DNA from: Thermoanaerobaculia bacterium
Lineage (GTDB): Bacteria; Acidobacteriota; Thermoanaerobaculia; UBA5066
Assembly: GCA_963719225.1 (NCBI GenBank)
Contig: CAVRAY010000001.1
Span: 3,040,001-3,104,000, forward strand
Length of the DNA stretch: 64,000 nucleotides
Direction: 5' to 3'
Made by a program: the position numbers and the translations under genes. Positions within the stretch are counted from its first letter, which is position 1. The number at the start of each line of letters is the position of its first letter. Below the pieces are notes generated by a model. It saw only the letters and a list, made by a program, of their open reading frames with translations. It made no database searches and was not told the DNA's origin. Of this stretch, positions 1 to 10,353 are shown one piece after another.

Positions 1-1
1 C

Positions 2-1066
2 TCGGCCACGAGCTCCGAGATGGCGCTCACGCTCGGACGTCCGGAAGGAAACCCGCCGGGCGGGAGCGGCCTCGCACTCTTCTACGTCGAAGCGCGCGAC
101 GCCTACGGTGCTCCGAACGGAATCGAGATCCTGCGGCTGAAGGACAAGCTCGGGACGCGAATGGTCCCGACGGCAGAGCTCCTCCTGGACGGCGCGGTCG
201 CGGTGCCGGTGAAGGGACTCTCCGACGGAGTGAAGAACATCGCGCCCATGCTCACGATCACGCGGATGTGGAACGCCGTGGGGGCCGTCGCCGGCATGCG
301 ACGCGCGCTCGCGCTGGCGCGCGATTACGCGGGCCGCCGCGTGGCTTTCGGTGCTCCTCTCGCGGAGAAGGCGCTCCATCTCGACACGCTCGCCGACCTC
401 CAGGCCGTGTTCGAAGGAGCGTTTCACCTCGCCTTTCGCGCCGTCGAGCTCGTCGGGCGGGACGAGGACCTTGGCACGGACGAGGCCGACCTCCTGCGCC
501 TCCTGACGCCGATCGCGAAGCTGACGACGGGAAAGCAGGTCGTGTCCGTCGCGAGCGAGACCCTGGAATGCTTCGGCGGAGCCGGCTACGTCGAGAACAC
601 CGGCCTGCCCCGCCTGCTTCGCGACGCCCAGGTGCTGCCGATCTGGGAAGGAACGACGAACGTGCTCTCTCTGGACCTCCTGCGGGCGGCGGCGAAGACG
701 GGCGGGCTCGCTCCCCTGTCGGCGGAAGTCGATCGGGCGCTTCGCGGCGTCACGCACCCGGAACTCGTCGCGGCGGGAGGGCGCGCCCGCGCGGCGGTGC
801 GCCGCGCGGAAAGCTGGCTCGCGGGCACGAAGGATCAGGAGAACCTCGAAGCCGGAGCGCGGCGACTCGCGCTCACGCTCGGCCTCGCGCTCGAGACGGC
901 GCTCCTCGTCGAGCACGCGAGCTGGGCGCTCGAGCACGAGGGCGACGCCCGCCCGGCGTACGCGGCACGGCGCCTCTCGCGCCGTCGCCTCGACCTCATC
1001 GACGACTCGTCGCCCCTCATAGAAGCCCGCACCCTCGGCCGCGACGAACCGGCTCCTTTCGAATAG
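2..1066 (+). CDS. Acyl-CoA dehydrogenase, AidB-like (5' partial)
   Basis: RLKDKLGTR, ECFGGAGYVE and RDAQVLPIWEGTTNV motifs; reading frame is open to the window edge. Confidence 0.85.
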   Translation, partial: SATSSEMALTLGRPEGNPPGGSGLALFYVEARDAYGAPNGIEILRLKDKLGTRMVPTAELLLDGAVAVPVKGLSDGVKNIAPMLTITRMWNAVGAVAGMRRALALARDYAGRRVAFGAPLAEKALHLDTLADLQAVFEGAFHLAFRAVELVGRDEDLGTDEADLLRLLTPIAKLTTGKQVVSVASETLECFGGAGYVENTGLPRLLRDAQVLPIWEGTTNVLSLDLLRAAAKTGGLAPLSAEVDRALRGVTHPELVAAGGRARAAVRRAESWLAGTKDQENLEAGARRLALTLGLALETALLVEHASWALEHEGDARPAYAARRLSRRRLDLIDDSSPLIEARTLGRDEPAPFE

Positions 1067-1093
1067 CCCCGGCATGTCGCTAACATCCTCTTC

Positions 1094-1408
1094 GTGAAAC
1101 GCGCGGCCCTGCTGATGCTCGTCGTCGGGGCGCCGCTCGTCCTGCTCTTCTTCCCCGAGCTCCGCCGCCGCATCGCACACAAACTGCGGTTCCTGCTACT
1201 CGTGTGGTCGGGGGCGGTGCTCTTCTTCGGGCTGGCCGGCGCGCCGGGGAGAGAGAAGAAGAGTTTCTTAGAAGGTGAATCGGGCGCGTCCATCGCCTGG
1301 TCTCTCTTGGGAGTGGCCCTGTTCGCCGCGGCGTTCGTCTCGGTCCTGCGTGATTTCCGGCTCTCTTCACCTTCTAGGGAATCTTCCGGCGGCGCGAAGC
1401 GCCGCTGA
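1094..1408 (+). CDS. Small membrane protein with three hydrophobic segments
   Basis: GTG start 7 nt after TAACAT; hydrophobic helices; carries a TTCTTAGAA motif pair. Confidence 0.6.
   Translation: MKRAALLMLVVGAPLVLLFFPELRRRIAHKLRFLLLVWSGAVLFFGLAGAPGREKKSFLEGESGASIAWSLLGVALFAAAFVSVLRDFRLSSPSRESSGGAKRR
1250..1386. repeat. Convergent pair of the dispersed TTCTTAGAA motif
   Basis: Forward core 1265-1273; degenerate reverse copy, core about 1372-1380. Confidence 0.75.
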
Positions 1409-1418
1409 TCGGCCTTCG

Positions 1419-3737
1419 CTATTCCAGCGAGACCCAGTCGACGCCGATCCCGAGCGCGCGCGTGTCGTCTCCCTTGCCGGCGTCCTTCGGGACCGTCGTC
1501 GGAGCGTGGAGCCACAGCCGGACCGGTTCGGGACCCGCGAGCGCGCTCAGGACCTCTGCCGTCAGAGGGAGGGACACCTCCGCGAAACCGACGTTCACGC
1601 GAATCGAGCCGGCCGGCACATCCCCGACCGATATCTCGACGTCGACCGGCGCCGCCACCGCGCGGGCCCGCAGGACGAGGCGCGAGGGAGTGAAGCCCGG
1701 CACGGGAGAGAACACGATCGACGCGGTGTCCGTCGTCCAGCGCATCTCGAGCCCCGCGTCCGCGATCTTCTCGCGTGAGAAGAAGCCCTCCGGGTCGAAG
1801 CGGCCGTCGTCGGCCGCGCCCAGCTCCGCCACGAGCCGGGGTCCCTGGTTCGGCCAAAGCGCTTCTGGCGCGTAGGAATACGTCGCTTCGCGAATCGTGA
1901 AACATCCCTTCGCCGGCCGCTTCGCTCCCTCGATCGGGGGCAGGTCCTTCGGGCGGTCGCAGGAGAGGATGTATTCCGTCGGCCCCGGCATCGGCCCGAA
2001 GATCGCGCGGGGCACGATCGCGATGTCGAAGGGCCCCGGCGTTATCCGGCGCTCGAGAAGCAGCCGCCCCGATGCCGCCTCGGTCACGCGCAGCGTCGTC
2101 TCGCCGACGTCTCCGGGCCTTTCACCGGAGAGAACGGCACAGAGCGGGCCCTGATCGGCGGGCACGTACAGGCGCGCGACGGGCCCCGCCCAGCGAAACG
2201 ACGGTGCTCCGGCCACGGTCTCCCGGGCGCCGAAGCCCACGCCGAAGAGCGGCGGCGCGGGGTCGCGCACGGCGACGGACAGAAGCCGCCCGTTTCCGAG
2301 CGCCTCGGCCACGCGTCCGCTCCTCGTGTACGAGCGCCAGCGAGGATCGACCAAAGTTGGAGAGCCCCCTTCGCCCGTGAAGTCCGCGAGACGCACGAGC
2401 CGCTTGTTCATCTGGCGCGGCGCCTTTACGAGCTCTTCGTCCAGATAGCCCCATACGATCAGGCGGTGCTCCCAGCGCTCGGTCCTGAGGAAGGCACTGA
2501 AATCCCCGTCGGCCACGATCGTTTCGCGGCCGGCGTGCACCCAACGCTCGAGATCGCGCAGCGCGGCGATCGGAGGCGTCTCCTCGCGCGCGCTCGCGCG
2601 CACCGCGGGCCACGCTTCCCGCGCGAAGATGAGCCCGGCGAGGCCGGCCGCGCAGAAAGCCACGACACCGCGCCGGAAGAGCGCCTCGAGCCCCGCTCCG
2701 ACCGCGAGGCCGAGAACGAGGACGAACGGCACCGAGTAGCGCGACATCGCGCGGCTGTGGAGGAACCACAGCGAGAGGAATGCGGGAGCGAGAACGAGGA
2801 CGAGATCGAAGGAGCCGCGCCGCTTGCGCATCCCGAGCGCGAAGAGACCCACGGCCGCGACCGCGAGCACGACGAGCGCGCGCCGCCACGTCAGAAAGTC
2901 CCGTACGAGGAAGGAGTCGAGGAGCGAGCCGACGGTGCCCGTCGCGAAGGCGCGCGCCCGGAACCCCGTGCGCTCGGCCAGCGACGCGAAGAGCCCGGGC
3001 GTCCCGCCCGCCTGGGCGAGCAGCCAGACGAACCACGCCGCCGTGCCGGCGAGCGCCGACAACCCGAACGTCCAGGCGGCGTCCGCGCGATCGCGGCGAA
3101 GCATGAGCCGCCCCATGGAGAGAAGGAGGATCGGGAAGAAGACGAGGATGAGATGCGGCCGGACGCCGATCGCCGCGGCCGCGAGAAGCCCGGCGAAGAG
3201 ACCGAGCAGGCGAACCCGCCGCGCGGCGACCAGGTCGCGCCAGCGCGTCTGATTCGGCGAGCGCCTCTCCTCCGCGGTTGCGAGGCACGCGAGAGCGCCG
3301 AGAAAGAGAGCCGTAGAGGGCGTGTCGGAGAACGCGCGGCCCCCGTTCACCCAGACGACCGGCAGCGCAAACGCGAAGACGACGCCGGCGAGAGCGGCCC
3401 AGCCCCCCACGACGCGCCGTCCCCAGACGTACAGCGCGGGAACGCTGCATGCCGCCAGCAGGGTGGACGCCGTCGCGAGCGCGTTGAACGGTGTGACGCA
3501 GAGTGGCAGCAGGGCCCGGCCGATCAGGATCCACACGGGAAAGCCGGGTGCCTGCGGCGAGAGATCGAACAGGTCGAAGCGCGTCACGGCGCCCGCGAAG
3601 ATCGCTTCGTCGATCTCGCCCGGCGAATGCGCGAGCGCGAAGAACCGGGAAGCGGCGACGGCTCCTACGACGAGCGCCGCGAAAGCGAGCGGCGGCTCGC
3701 GGCGCCGGTCGCCTTCCCGCCGGAAGCGCGTCAACAC
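1419..3737 (-). CDS. Polytopic membrane protein, GT-C/ArnT-like glycosyltransferase with C-terminal periplasmic domains
   Basis: N-terminal EIDE loop, PQAPGFP, AFSDTPS, many TM helices, C-terminal DTRALGI motif; start codon uncertain. Confidence 0.6.
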   Translation of the reverse strand: MLTRFRREGDRRREPPLAFAALVVGAVAASRFFALAHSPGEIDEAIFAGAVTRFDLFDLSPQAPGFPVWILIGRALLPLCVTPFNALATASTLLAACSVPALYVWGRRVVGGWAALAGVVFAFALPVVWVNGGRAFSDTPSTALFLGALACLATAEERRSPNQTRWRDLVAARRVRLLGLFAGLLAAAAIGVRPHLILVFFPILLLSMGRLMLRRDRADAAWTFGLSALAGTAAWFVWLLAQAGGTPGLFASLAERTGFRARAFATGTVGSLLDSFLVRDFLTWRRALVVLAVAAVGLFALGMRKRRGSFDLVLVLAPAFLSLWFLHSRAMSRYSVPFVLVLGLAVGAGLEALFRRGVVAFCAAGLAGLIFAREAWPAVRASAREETPPIAALRDLERWVHAGRETIVADGDFSAFLRTERWEHRLIVWGYLDEELVKAPRQMNKRLVRLADFTGEGGSPTLVDPRWRSYTRSGRVAEALGNGRLLSVAVRDPAPPLFGVGFGARETVAGAPSFRWAGPVARLYVPADQGPLCAVLSGERPGDVGETTLRVTEAASGRLLLERRITPGPFDIAIVPRAIFGPMPGPTEYILSCDRPKDLPPIEGAKRPAKGCFTIREATYSYAPEALWPNQGPRLVAELGAADDGRFDPEGFFSREKIADAGLEMRWTTDTASIVFSPVPGFTPSRLVLRARAVAAPVDVEISVGDVPAGSIRVNVGFAEVSLPLTAEVLSALAGPEPVRLWLHAPTTVPKDAGKGDDTRALGIGVDWVSLE

Positions 3738-3813
3738 CGTCCGAGTGTTTCATTTTTCGGGCTGCGCCGAAACAGTTACAATGAAGCTCGATGTCGATTC
3801 GACATCCCGCGGG

Positions 3814-5160
3814 ATGAGCATTCCCCGCATCCTGCCTCGCGCCGAGCATCCGATTTCGCGCGGCTACATCGATCCCGACGCCTTGCGCGTCCTGTACCGG
3901 CTGCATCGCGCGGGCTTCAAGGCGTATCTCGTCGGAGGGTCGGTGCGCGATCTCATGACGGGTCGCACGCCGAAGGACTTCGACGTCGGAACCGACGCGC
4001 GCCCCCAGGAGGTCCGCCGCCTGTTCCGCAACTCGCGCATCATCGGGAGGCGTTTCCGGCTCGCGCACATCCTCTTCGAGGCCGGAAAGGTCGTCGAGGT
4101 CTCGACGTTCCGCAAAACTCCCGACTCCGTCCAGGGTGAACAGGGCCAGGAAGGGGACGATGATCTCCTCATCCGCTCGGACAACACGTTCGGATCGCCC
4201 GAGGAAGACGCCCTCCGCCGCGACTTCACGATCAATGGGCTCTTCTACGACATCGCGACGTACGCCGTTCTCGATTTCGTAGGCGGCGTCGAGGACCTCG
4301 AGCGGCGCGTCGTGAGGACGATCGGAGATCCCCTCATCCGCTTCCGCGAGGATCCGGTCCGGATGCTCCGCGCCTGGGAGTTCGCGGCACGCCTCTCCTT
4401 CCAGATGTCCGAGGACGCGCGCGCGGCCATCGCGGAGCTCAACCGCGAGGTCACGAAGAGCGCCGCCCCCCGCGTCACGGAGGAGCTGCTGGACCCGCTT
4501 CGGCGCGGCTGGGGGCACGATACGTATCGCCTCTGGTCCGAAGCGGGACTTCTCGACGCGCTCCTGCCCGAGCTCGGCGGAGCCGGAGCGGCGCGCGCGG
4601 CCGAGGAGTCGCCCGAGGGGCTTCTCTTCGCGCTTCTGCGGGAGATCGACGCGAAGCGGGCCCTGGGAGAGAGGCTCGAGGATGCAACGCTCCTCTCCGC
4701 CATGTTCCTGCCCGTCGTGTTCGAGGCCGTGCGGCGCCACGGGCACCTGACCGGCCCCGGCCAGATTCTTCTCGTGCTCGAGGACACCGTGAATCCGCTC
4801 GCGATCCGCATGGCCCTTCCGAACCACCTCACGCAGACCGTCAAGCACGTTCTCGAAACGCTCGGACGCCTCACCAGCACGCGCCCGGACGATCCCGGCG
4901 CGCGGCGTCTCGCCGGCAGACCCTATTTGAAAGCCGCCGTCGCCCTTCTCTCTCTTTATGCGCGTGCCTCGGGACGCTACCGGGAGCCGGCCTCGGCCTG
5001 GGAAGACGCCGTCGAGCACGGCGTTTCGTCGCATGCGCTCGCCGCCCCCATTCCCGATGCGCCCGTTCCGCCGGATGCCATCGGCGGGCTGGCGCCGGCC
5101 CGGAGGCGCCGACGCGGCGGCCGCCGACGCCGCCCCCAGGTCTCGGCAGCGCCCGTCTAA
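3814..5160 (+). CDS. pcnB: Poly(A) polymerase I
   Basis: LVGGSVRDL, PKDFDV, IIGRRFRLAHI, EVSTFR, RRDFTIN, EDPVRMLRA; Arg-rich C-terminal tail; alternative ATG at 3781. Confidence 0.9.
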   Translation: MSIPRILPRAEHPISRGYIDPDALRVLYRLHRAGFKAYLVGGSVRDLMTGRTPKDFDVGTDARPQEVRRLFRNSRIIGRRFRLAHILFEAGKVVEVSTFRKTPDSVQGEQGQEGDDDLLIRSDNTFGSPEEDALRRDFTINGLFYDIATYAVLDFVGGVEDLERRVVRTIGDPLIRFREDPVRMLRAWEFAARLSFQMSEDARAAIAELNREVTKSAAPRVTEELLDPLRRGWGHDTYRLWSEAGLLDALLPELGGAGAARAAEESPEGLLFALLREIDAKRALGERLEDATLLSAMFLPVVFEAVRRHGHLTGPGQILLVLEDTVNPLAIRMALPNHLTQTVKHVLETLGRLTSTRPDDPGARRLAGRPYLKAAVALLSLYARASGRYREPASAWEDAVEHGVSSHALAAPIPDAPVPPDAIGGLAPARRRRRGGRRRRPQVSAAPV

Positions 5161-5954
5161 CGCGCCCGGGTCTTCAGCCAGTCCGCGAGGTCGGCCTCGA
5201 GCCGCGCGTAATCCGCGCGCAGCGTCTCCCGCATCGCGTCCTCGACGAGAGAGCCTTCGCCCAGGCGGTCGAGAAAGTGCGCCAACGCCCCGTAGCCACG
5301 CGTGTCCTTCAGCATCTCGGCCGCGGCGAGAGAGATCGCGTAACCGCCGCGCGCCTGCGACGCGGAAAAACCGGTGAAGCCGCCTTCTAGGCCCTGGAGC
5401 GAGAACGTGCCGCGCGAGGCGTAGGAACCCCCGAGCGCGGACGCGAAGGGAGCGGACGTCTTGCCCTCCTCAACCTGCGCGAGCCCTTCCTGCAGCCAGG
5501 TCGGAGCGCGTCCTTTCGCCCGGAAGTGGACGAAGCTGTGCGTCATCTCGTGCTTGAGAACGGAGAGCAGTTGCGGCGTGACGCCCGTGATCCCGCGCGC
5601 CGGCACGCGCACTCGCCCGTCGAACAGGCCGTCGGCCCAGGCGGGAGCCTGCGTGGAAACCTGGAAGTCGCGCTCGGCATAGACCACGACCACGACTTTC
5701 TCGACGGGACCCGAGCCGAAGTCCTGGACGAGGTCGGCGTAGGCCCGTTCGAGCGCCGAGAGGAGAACGCCCTCGAGCCCCGGATCCACGCGCTTCCCGT
5801 CGTAGACGAGGAGGATGCTCGAGCTCGCACGCTCGGTATAACGCTCCTCGACGCCCGAGGCGCTGCGGCGGCCCGAGGCGTCCTGCTGCGCGGCCGCGGA
5901 CGCGGCCGCGAGAAGAAGAATACACAGAATCGCCGGCTTCATACGGGAAAGCAC
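5157..5954 (-). CDS. Secreted peptidase MA-like zinc metalloprotease domain protein
   Basis: Signal peptide; HEMTH followed by PTWLQEGLA; start is GTG 5954 or ATG 5942. Confidence 0.75.
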   Translation of the reverse strand: MLSRMKPAILCILLLAAASAAAQQDASGRRSASGVEERYTERASSSILLVYDGKRVDPGLEGVLLSALERAYADLVQDFGSGPVEKVVVVVYAERDFQVSTQAPAWADGLFDGRVRVPARGITGVTPQLLSVLKHEMTHSFVHFRAKGRAPTWLQEGLAQVEEGKTSAPFASALGGSYASRGTFSLQGLEGGFTGFSASQARGGYAISLAAAEMLKDTRGYGALAHFLDRLGEGSLVEDAMRETLRADYARLEADLADWLKTRAR

Positions 5955-5990
5955 ATGGCATTCTAGGCGTTCGATCCGGAGCAGCGCGCC

Positions 5991-7064
5991 TCAGGGCTGC
6001 TTTGGCGCCGAAAGCAGCTTCAGCTCGATGGACACGACGTCGTGCACGGCCCGGCCCGGGCTGCGCGCCGAGATCAGCGAGGGAAAGTCCTTCAGGTCGA
6101 GCTCCGGGCCGTCGGCTGCCAGCACCTCGTCGACCGAGAACGCCGCGGAGTACCCATCGCGTCCCGTGACGACGAGAACGGCGGAGGAAAGAGCGCGGCG
6201 CGCCGCCGCGCCTTCCGTGGGCGTGCCGAGAAAATCGAATACTCTGCGAAGAGGGACGCGCGTCGAGTCGCCACCTCGAATCTCGGCAATGGTGATTTTC
6301 TTAGAAGGGGAAAAGGGGCCGAGCAGATCGATCGCCGGCTGCTTCGATGCCGCGGCGGCGCCCGTGCCCTCTCTACCATTCGCAGAAGATCTCTCTTTCT
6401 CCGCGCGCCTCCCCACGGGGCGCTCGACGAGCCTGTCGTCCGCGGGCGCGTTCATCGATCTCTTCAGGAATCGCATGCCGGCTTCCGCCGTCTTCCAGGT
6501 CTGGCGGCCCTTTTCGTCGAATCCGCGGTCCCATTGCGTGAAGCCGTCCTGCGCCAGGATCAGCACCGTTCTCATCGTCGCCGCGGATTTCACCGTCGAG
6601 GGGCAGTCCGTTCCCGGCATCTCCCCTTCCCAGAGGTCGCCCTTCTTCCGGAGCAGCACGGCGCAACCGGGTCGCTCACGCAGGTCGCTTGCGCCGTAGA
6701 GCGCGAGGGCGGAGGGATCGCGCCACTTCCCGCGCACGAGGATGGGGTCCTTGGGGTCGAAGGCGCGCATGCGCACCGCATCCCCGTCCTCTTCGAGGCG
6801 GTAGAAGCGCTGCTGGGTCGGCTCGTCGAGCCTCGGAGCGGCGGCCAGCTCGCGATAGACGACGAGAGCGCCGTTCGCGATCCGGCTCTTCGGCACCGCC
6901 ACGACGACGACCCGGACGGCTTCCGGCGTGCCTTCGGAACCCTGGTCCTTCAGCTCGAAAGTTCCCGTGAGCCGGGCGGCGACCTCCGCGGCCCGGCCCC
7001 CGTCGGCGACGAGGGGCGCCGCGAGGAGCAGGCCGACGACGGCAGCCGCTCCCGGCGCTTTCAC
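5991..7064 (-). CDS. Secreted CpcT/CpeT-like (bilin lyase fold) protein with an extra C-terminal domain
   Basis: [33 protein letters not shown] resemble CpcT/CpeT; GTG start overlaps the typA stop. Confidence 0.65.
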   Translation of the reverse strand: MKAPGAAAVVGLLLAAPLVADGGRAAEVAARLTGTFELKDQGSEGTPEAVRVVVVAVPKSRIANGALVVYRELAAAPRLDEPTQQRFYRLEEDGDAVRMRAFDPKDPILVRGKWRDPSALALYGASDLRERPGCAVLLRKKGDLWEGEMPGTDCPSTVKSAATMRTVLILAQDGFTQWDRGFDEKGRQTWKTAEAGMRFLKRSMNAPADDRLVERPVGRRAEKERSSANGREGTGAAAASKQPAIDLLGPFSPSKKITIAEIRGGDSTRVPLRRVFDFLGTPTEGAAARRALSSAVLVVTGRDGYSAAFSVDEVLAADGPELDLKDFPSLISARSPGRAVHDVVSIELKLLSAPKQP

Positions 7065-8899
7065 GCCTCTTCCTCCTCCAGGACCGTGCTCCTTTTCTCG
7101 GAGACCCGGCGCATGGAATGGTCGAGGATTCTCTTCCTGAGCCTCACGGACTTCGGCGTCACCTCCACGAGCTCGTCGTCTTCGATCCACTCGATGGCGA
7201 GCTCGAGAGGCATCGGGCGCGGCGGCGTGAGGCGGATCGCGAAATCCGAGCCGGACGAGCGCATGTTCGTGAGGTGCTTCTTGACGCAGGGGTTCACGAC
7301 GAGGTCGTTGGGCCGCGCGCTCTCGCCGCAGATCATGCCGCCGTAGACCTCGATCCCGGGGGGCAGGAACAGCGTCGACCGCTCCTCGAGCCGCTCGAGC
7401 GAATGCGCCGTCGTCTCTCCCGCTTCCTTGCACACGAGCGCGCCGCGACCGCGGCCCGTCACCTCGCCGCGGAAAGGCTCGTAATCGTGGAAGACGTGAT
7501 AGAGCAGACCCTCGCCCTTCGTGTCCGTCAGGAACTCGTTGCGGTACCCGAACAGCCCTCGCGTCGGGATCTTGAACTCGATCTTCACGCGTCCCGAGCC
7601 GTGGTTCGTCATGTTCGTCATCTCGGCCTTGCGCTGGCCCAGCTTCTCGATGACGGTGCCCATCGCGACTTCCGGAACGTCGACGACGAGCTCCTCGATC
7701 GGCTCGCAGGTCTGCCCGTCTATTTCCTTCAGGATGACCTGCGGGCGTGACAGCGCGAACTCGAAGCCTTCGCGCCGCATCATCTCGACGGTGATCGCGA
7801 GGTGCAGCTCGCCGCGCCCCGAGACCCGGAAGGCGTCCGGGCTGTCGGTCTCCTCCACCCGCATCGCGACGTTCGTGCGCAGCTCCTTCTGGAGGCGCTC
7901 GCCGAGGTTGCGGCTCGTGACGTACTTGCCCTCGCGGCCGGCGAACGGCGAGTCGTTCACGCGGAACATCATCGAGACCGTCGGCTCGTCGACCGCGATG
8001 GGAGCGAGTGCGACGGGATTCTCGAGATCGGCCAGCGTTTCGCCGATAGTGACTTCCTCGATGCCGGAGATCACGACGAGGTCGCCGGCGCTCGCCTCTT
8101 CGACCTCGACGCGCCGGAGCCCTTCGAACGCCATGAGCTTCACGATCTTCGCCTTCGCCATGGTGCCGTCCAGCTTGCAGACCGAGACCTGCTGGCCTGG
8201 CACGACGGTTCCGTTCACGATGCGACCGATGAGGAGCCGGCCGAGGTAGTTGTCGTAATCGAGAGAGGCCACGAGGATCTGCAACGGCGCCGAGGCGTCG
8301 CCGCCCGGCTCCGGAACCTCCACGAGAATCGCGTCCAGGAGCGGCCGGACGTCCGTCTCCGTGTGATCCACCTCGCGGCGGGCGAAGCCGTGCTTGGCGG
8401 ACGTGTACACGATCGGGAAGTCGAGCTGCTCGTCGGTGGCGCCGAGATCGACCATGAGATCGAACACCTCGTCGATGACCTGGTGAGGCCGCGCGTCCGG
8501 GCGGTCGATCTTGTTCACGACGACGAGGGGCTTGAGCCCGAGCTCGAAAGCCTTGCGCAGGACGAAGCGCGTCTGGGGCATGGTGCCTTCGGCCGCGTCC
8601 ACGACGAGAAGCACCGCGTCCACCATCTTGAGGACGCGCTCGACCTCCCCCCCGAAGTCGCTGTGGCCCGGCGTGTCCACGATGTTGATCTTCGTGCCGT
8701 GGTAGTGGATGGAGGTGTTCTTCGCGAGGATCGTGATGCCGCGCTCCCGCTCCAGGTCGTTGCTGTCCATGATCCGCTCGGTGCCCGACATCGCCTCGTT
8801 CGCGCGGAACGTCCCCGACTGCTTCAGGAGGCAGTCCACGAGCGTGGTCTTGCCATGATCGACGTGCGCGATGATCGCGATGTTGCGGAGTCCGGACAT
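7061..8899 (-). CDS. typA: Translational GTPase TypA/BipA
   Basis: [50 protein letters not shown]. Confidence 0.97.
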   Translation of the reverse strand: MSGLRNIAIIAHVDHGKTTLVDCLLKQSGTFRANEAMSGTERIMDSNDLERERGITILAKNTSIHYHGTKINIVDTPGHSDFGGEVERVLKMVDAVLLVVDAAEGTMPQTRFVLRKAFELGLKPLVVVNKIDRPDARPHQVIDEVFDLMVDLGATDEQLDFPIVYTSAKHGFARREVDHTETDVRPLLDAILVEVPEPGGDASAPLQILVASLDYDNYLGRLLIGRIVNGTVVPGQQVSVCKLDGTMAKAKIVKLMAFEGLRRVEVEEASAGDLVVISGIEEVTIGETLADLENPVALAPIAVDEPTVSMMFRVNDSPFAGREGKYVTSRNLGERLQKELRTNVAMRVEETDSPDAFRVSGRGELHLAITVEMMRREGFEFALSRPQVILKEIDGQTCEPIEELVVDVPEVAMGTVIEKLGQRKAEMTNMTNHGSGRVKIEFKIPTRGLFGYRNEFLTDTKGEGLLYHVFHDYEPFRGEVTGRGRGALVCKEAGETTAHSLERLEERSTLFLPPGIEVYGGMICGESARPNDLVVNPCVKKHLTNMRSSGSDFAIRLTPPRPMPLELAIEWIEDDELVEVTPKSVRLRKRILDHSMRRVSEKRSTVLEEEEA

Positions 8900-8981
8900 G
8901 GAGCCTGCTTTCGGGACGCGGGGCCAGAAAGCTGGCCGCCTCGCGAGCCCTGCAGTTTACCAGAAGATGCCGGTCCTCCCG

Positions 8982-9614
8982 TTACTTCTTGTGCAGGCTG
9001 CTCGTCAGGAAGGCCACGAATTCCTTTCCTCCGGGCGCGAGATCCATCGTGAGGACCAGCTCGCCGTCACTCTTCCGGGAAAAGAGCATCCGCGCCCTCG
9101 TGCCGGCTTCGGCGTTCAGGAGCTCGCGCGACACGAGGCGCACGCTCTCGGGTCCGAATTCGACGTCGAACGTCCCGCTGATGCCCGTCGAGAAGAAATA
9201 CGTGGCGACGTACCGCCGCTTCTCCCGGTCGTATGTGAAGTAGCCGACCTCCTCGATCGTCTCCTCCTTGCCGTCCTCGGCCGTCAGGATCGTGCTTCCG
9301 CGGTGGACGAGGTAATTCCCGGTGAATTCCGGCGTGAAGCGCGCGACGCGCCCTCCGACGCGCGCGCCGGATTCGGCGCTCCCCGACCACGATCCGATGA
9401 GGAAAGTGAATTCCTGAAATGGCCGCCAGGCTGCCACCGCGGCCGCCGTGGCCGGCGCGGGAGCCGCCGTGACGGGCGAGGGGGCCGCCGTGGCGGAGTC
9501 TGGGGCCGCCGCGGACGGAGTCGGAACGGGCGTGGGCGAGGGCAGAGTCTGGGCCGCGGCCGGAGCCGACGCCAGCAGGACGAGAAGCGAGAAACGGGCG
9601 GATCGGCTCCGCAT
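8982..9614 (-). CDS. Secreted hypothetical protein (Pro/Ala linker followed by a beta-barrel-like domain)
   Basis: Signal peptide, FLIGSWSG motif. Confidence 0.6.
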   Translation of the reverse strand: MRSRSARFSLLVLLASAPAAAQTLPSPTPVPTPSAAAPDSATAAPSPVTAAPAPATAAAVAAWRPFQEFTFLIGSWSGSAESGARVGGRVARFTPEFTGNYLVHRGSTILTAEDGKEETIEEVGYFTYDREKRRYVATYFFSTGISGTFDVEFGPESVRLVSRELLNAEAGTRARMLFSRKSDGELVLTMDLAPGGKEFVAFLTSSLHKK

Positions 9615-9667
9615 CGACTTTCTGCCCTCCTCCGGAACTCTTGACGATTATAGACTTAGCAGCGCCC

Positions 9668-9692
9668 GAACCGCTGCGGCCGCTTTTTCGTT
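9668..9692 (+). promoter_or_regulatory. Possible ECF-type autoregulated promoter (GAAC-N17-CGTT)
   Basis: Matches the generic ECF AAC/CGT consensus just upstream of the ECF sigma gene. Confidence 0.35.
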
Positions 9693-9711
9693 ACGTCGAC
9701 TCAGAGGACCC

Positions 9712-10353
9712 ATGACCGCAGAGCCCCACCCCGACGCCGAGCTCGTGACCCGCTGTCAGAAGGGGGACGAGGGCGCCTGGGCGGACCTCGTCGCGTCGTA
9801 CGGGAAGAAAGTCTACGGGATCGCCTGGCACATGACGTACGACCGCGCCGAAGCGGAGGAGCTGACGCAGGACTGCTTCCTCAAGATCTGGCAGAACCTC
9901 GATCGATACGAGCCCACGGAAGCCTCGCTTCTCGCCTGGATCGCGGCGCTCTCGCGCAACCTGTGCATCGATCACTACAGAAGGAGAAAGCGGGAGAAGG
10001 GCTTCTCGTTCCTCTCTGACGACGCGGTGTCGACGCTTCTTCCGGCTACGGACGATCCGCAGGCGGACGCCGTGCGCCGCGAACGCGTGCGGATGCTGCT
10101 CGACGCGATCTCCGAGCTGCCCGATGAGCTCGCCGAGGTCGTGATCCTGCGCGACCTCGACGGTCTCGACTACCGCGAGATCGGCGATCTCCTGCAGCTC
10201 GCCGACGGCACCGTGAAGTCGCGCCTGAACCGCGCACGAATCGAGCTCGCCCGCGTCGTTCGGGGGCGTGTCGGCGCTTCGATGGGAGACGGACGGTCGC
10301 TCTATTCTCCATTCGGCCCCCGCCCCACGACCGCCACCGGAGGCGCCCGATGA
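9712..10353 (+). CDS. ECF RNA polymerase sigma factor
   Basis: AEELTQDCFLKIW (region 2), LDYREIG...GTVKSRLNRAR (region 4); GAGG RBS. Confidence 0.92.
   Translation: MTAEPHPDAELVTRCQKGDEGAWADLVASYGKKVYGIAWHMTYDRAEAEELTQDCFLKIWQNLDRYEPTEASLLAWIAALSRNLCIDHYRRRKREKGFSFLSDDAVSTLLPATDDPQADAVRRERVRMLLDAISELPDELAEVVILRDLDGLDYREIGDLLQLADGTVKSRLNRARIELARVVRGRVGASMGDGRSLYSPFGPRPTTATGGAR

Noticed and set aside
2122-5034. 970-aa ORF and similar long overlapping ORFs (24293-27037, 55183-57753, the 5' part of 40329-43277)
   Set aside because: Shadow ORFs of real genes in high-GC DNA; Arg/Ala/Pro-rich with no recognisable motifs.
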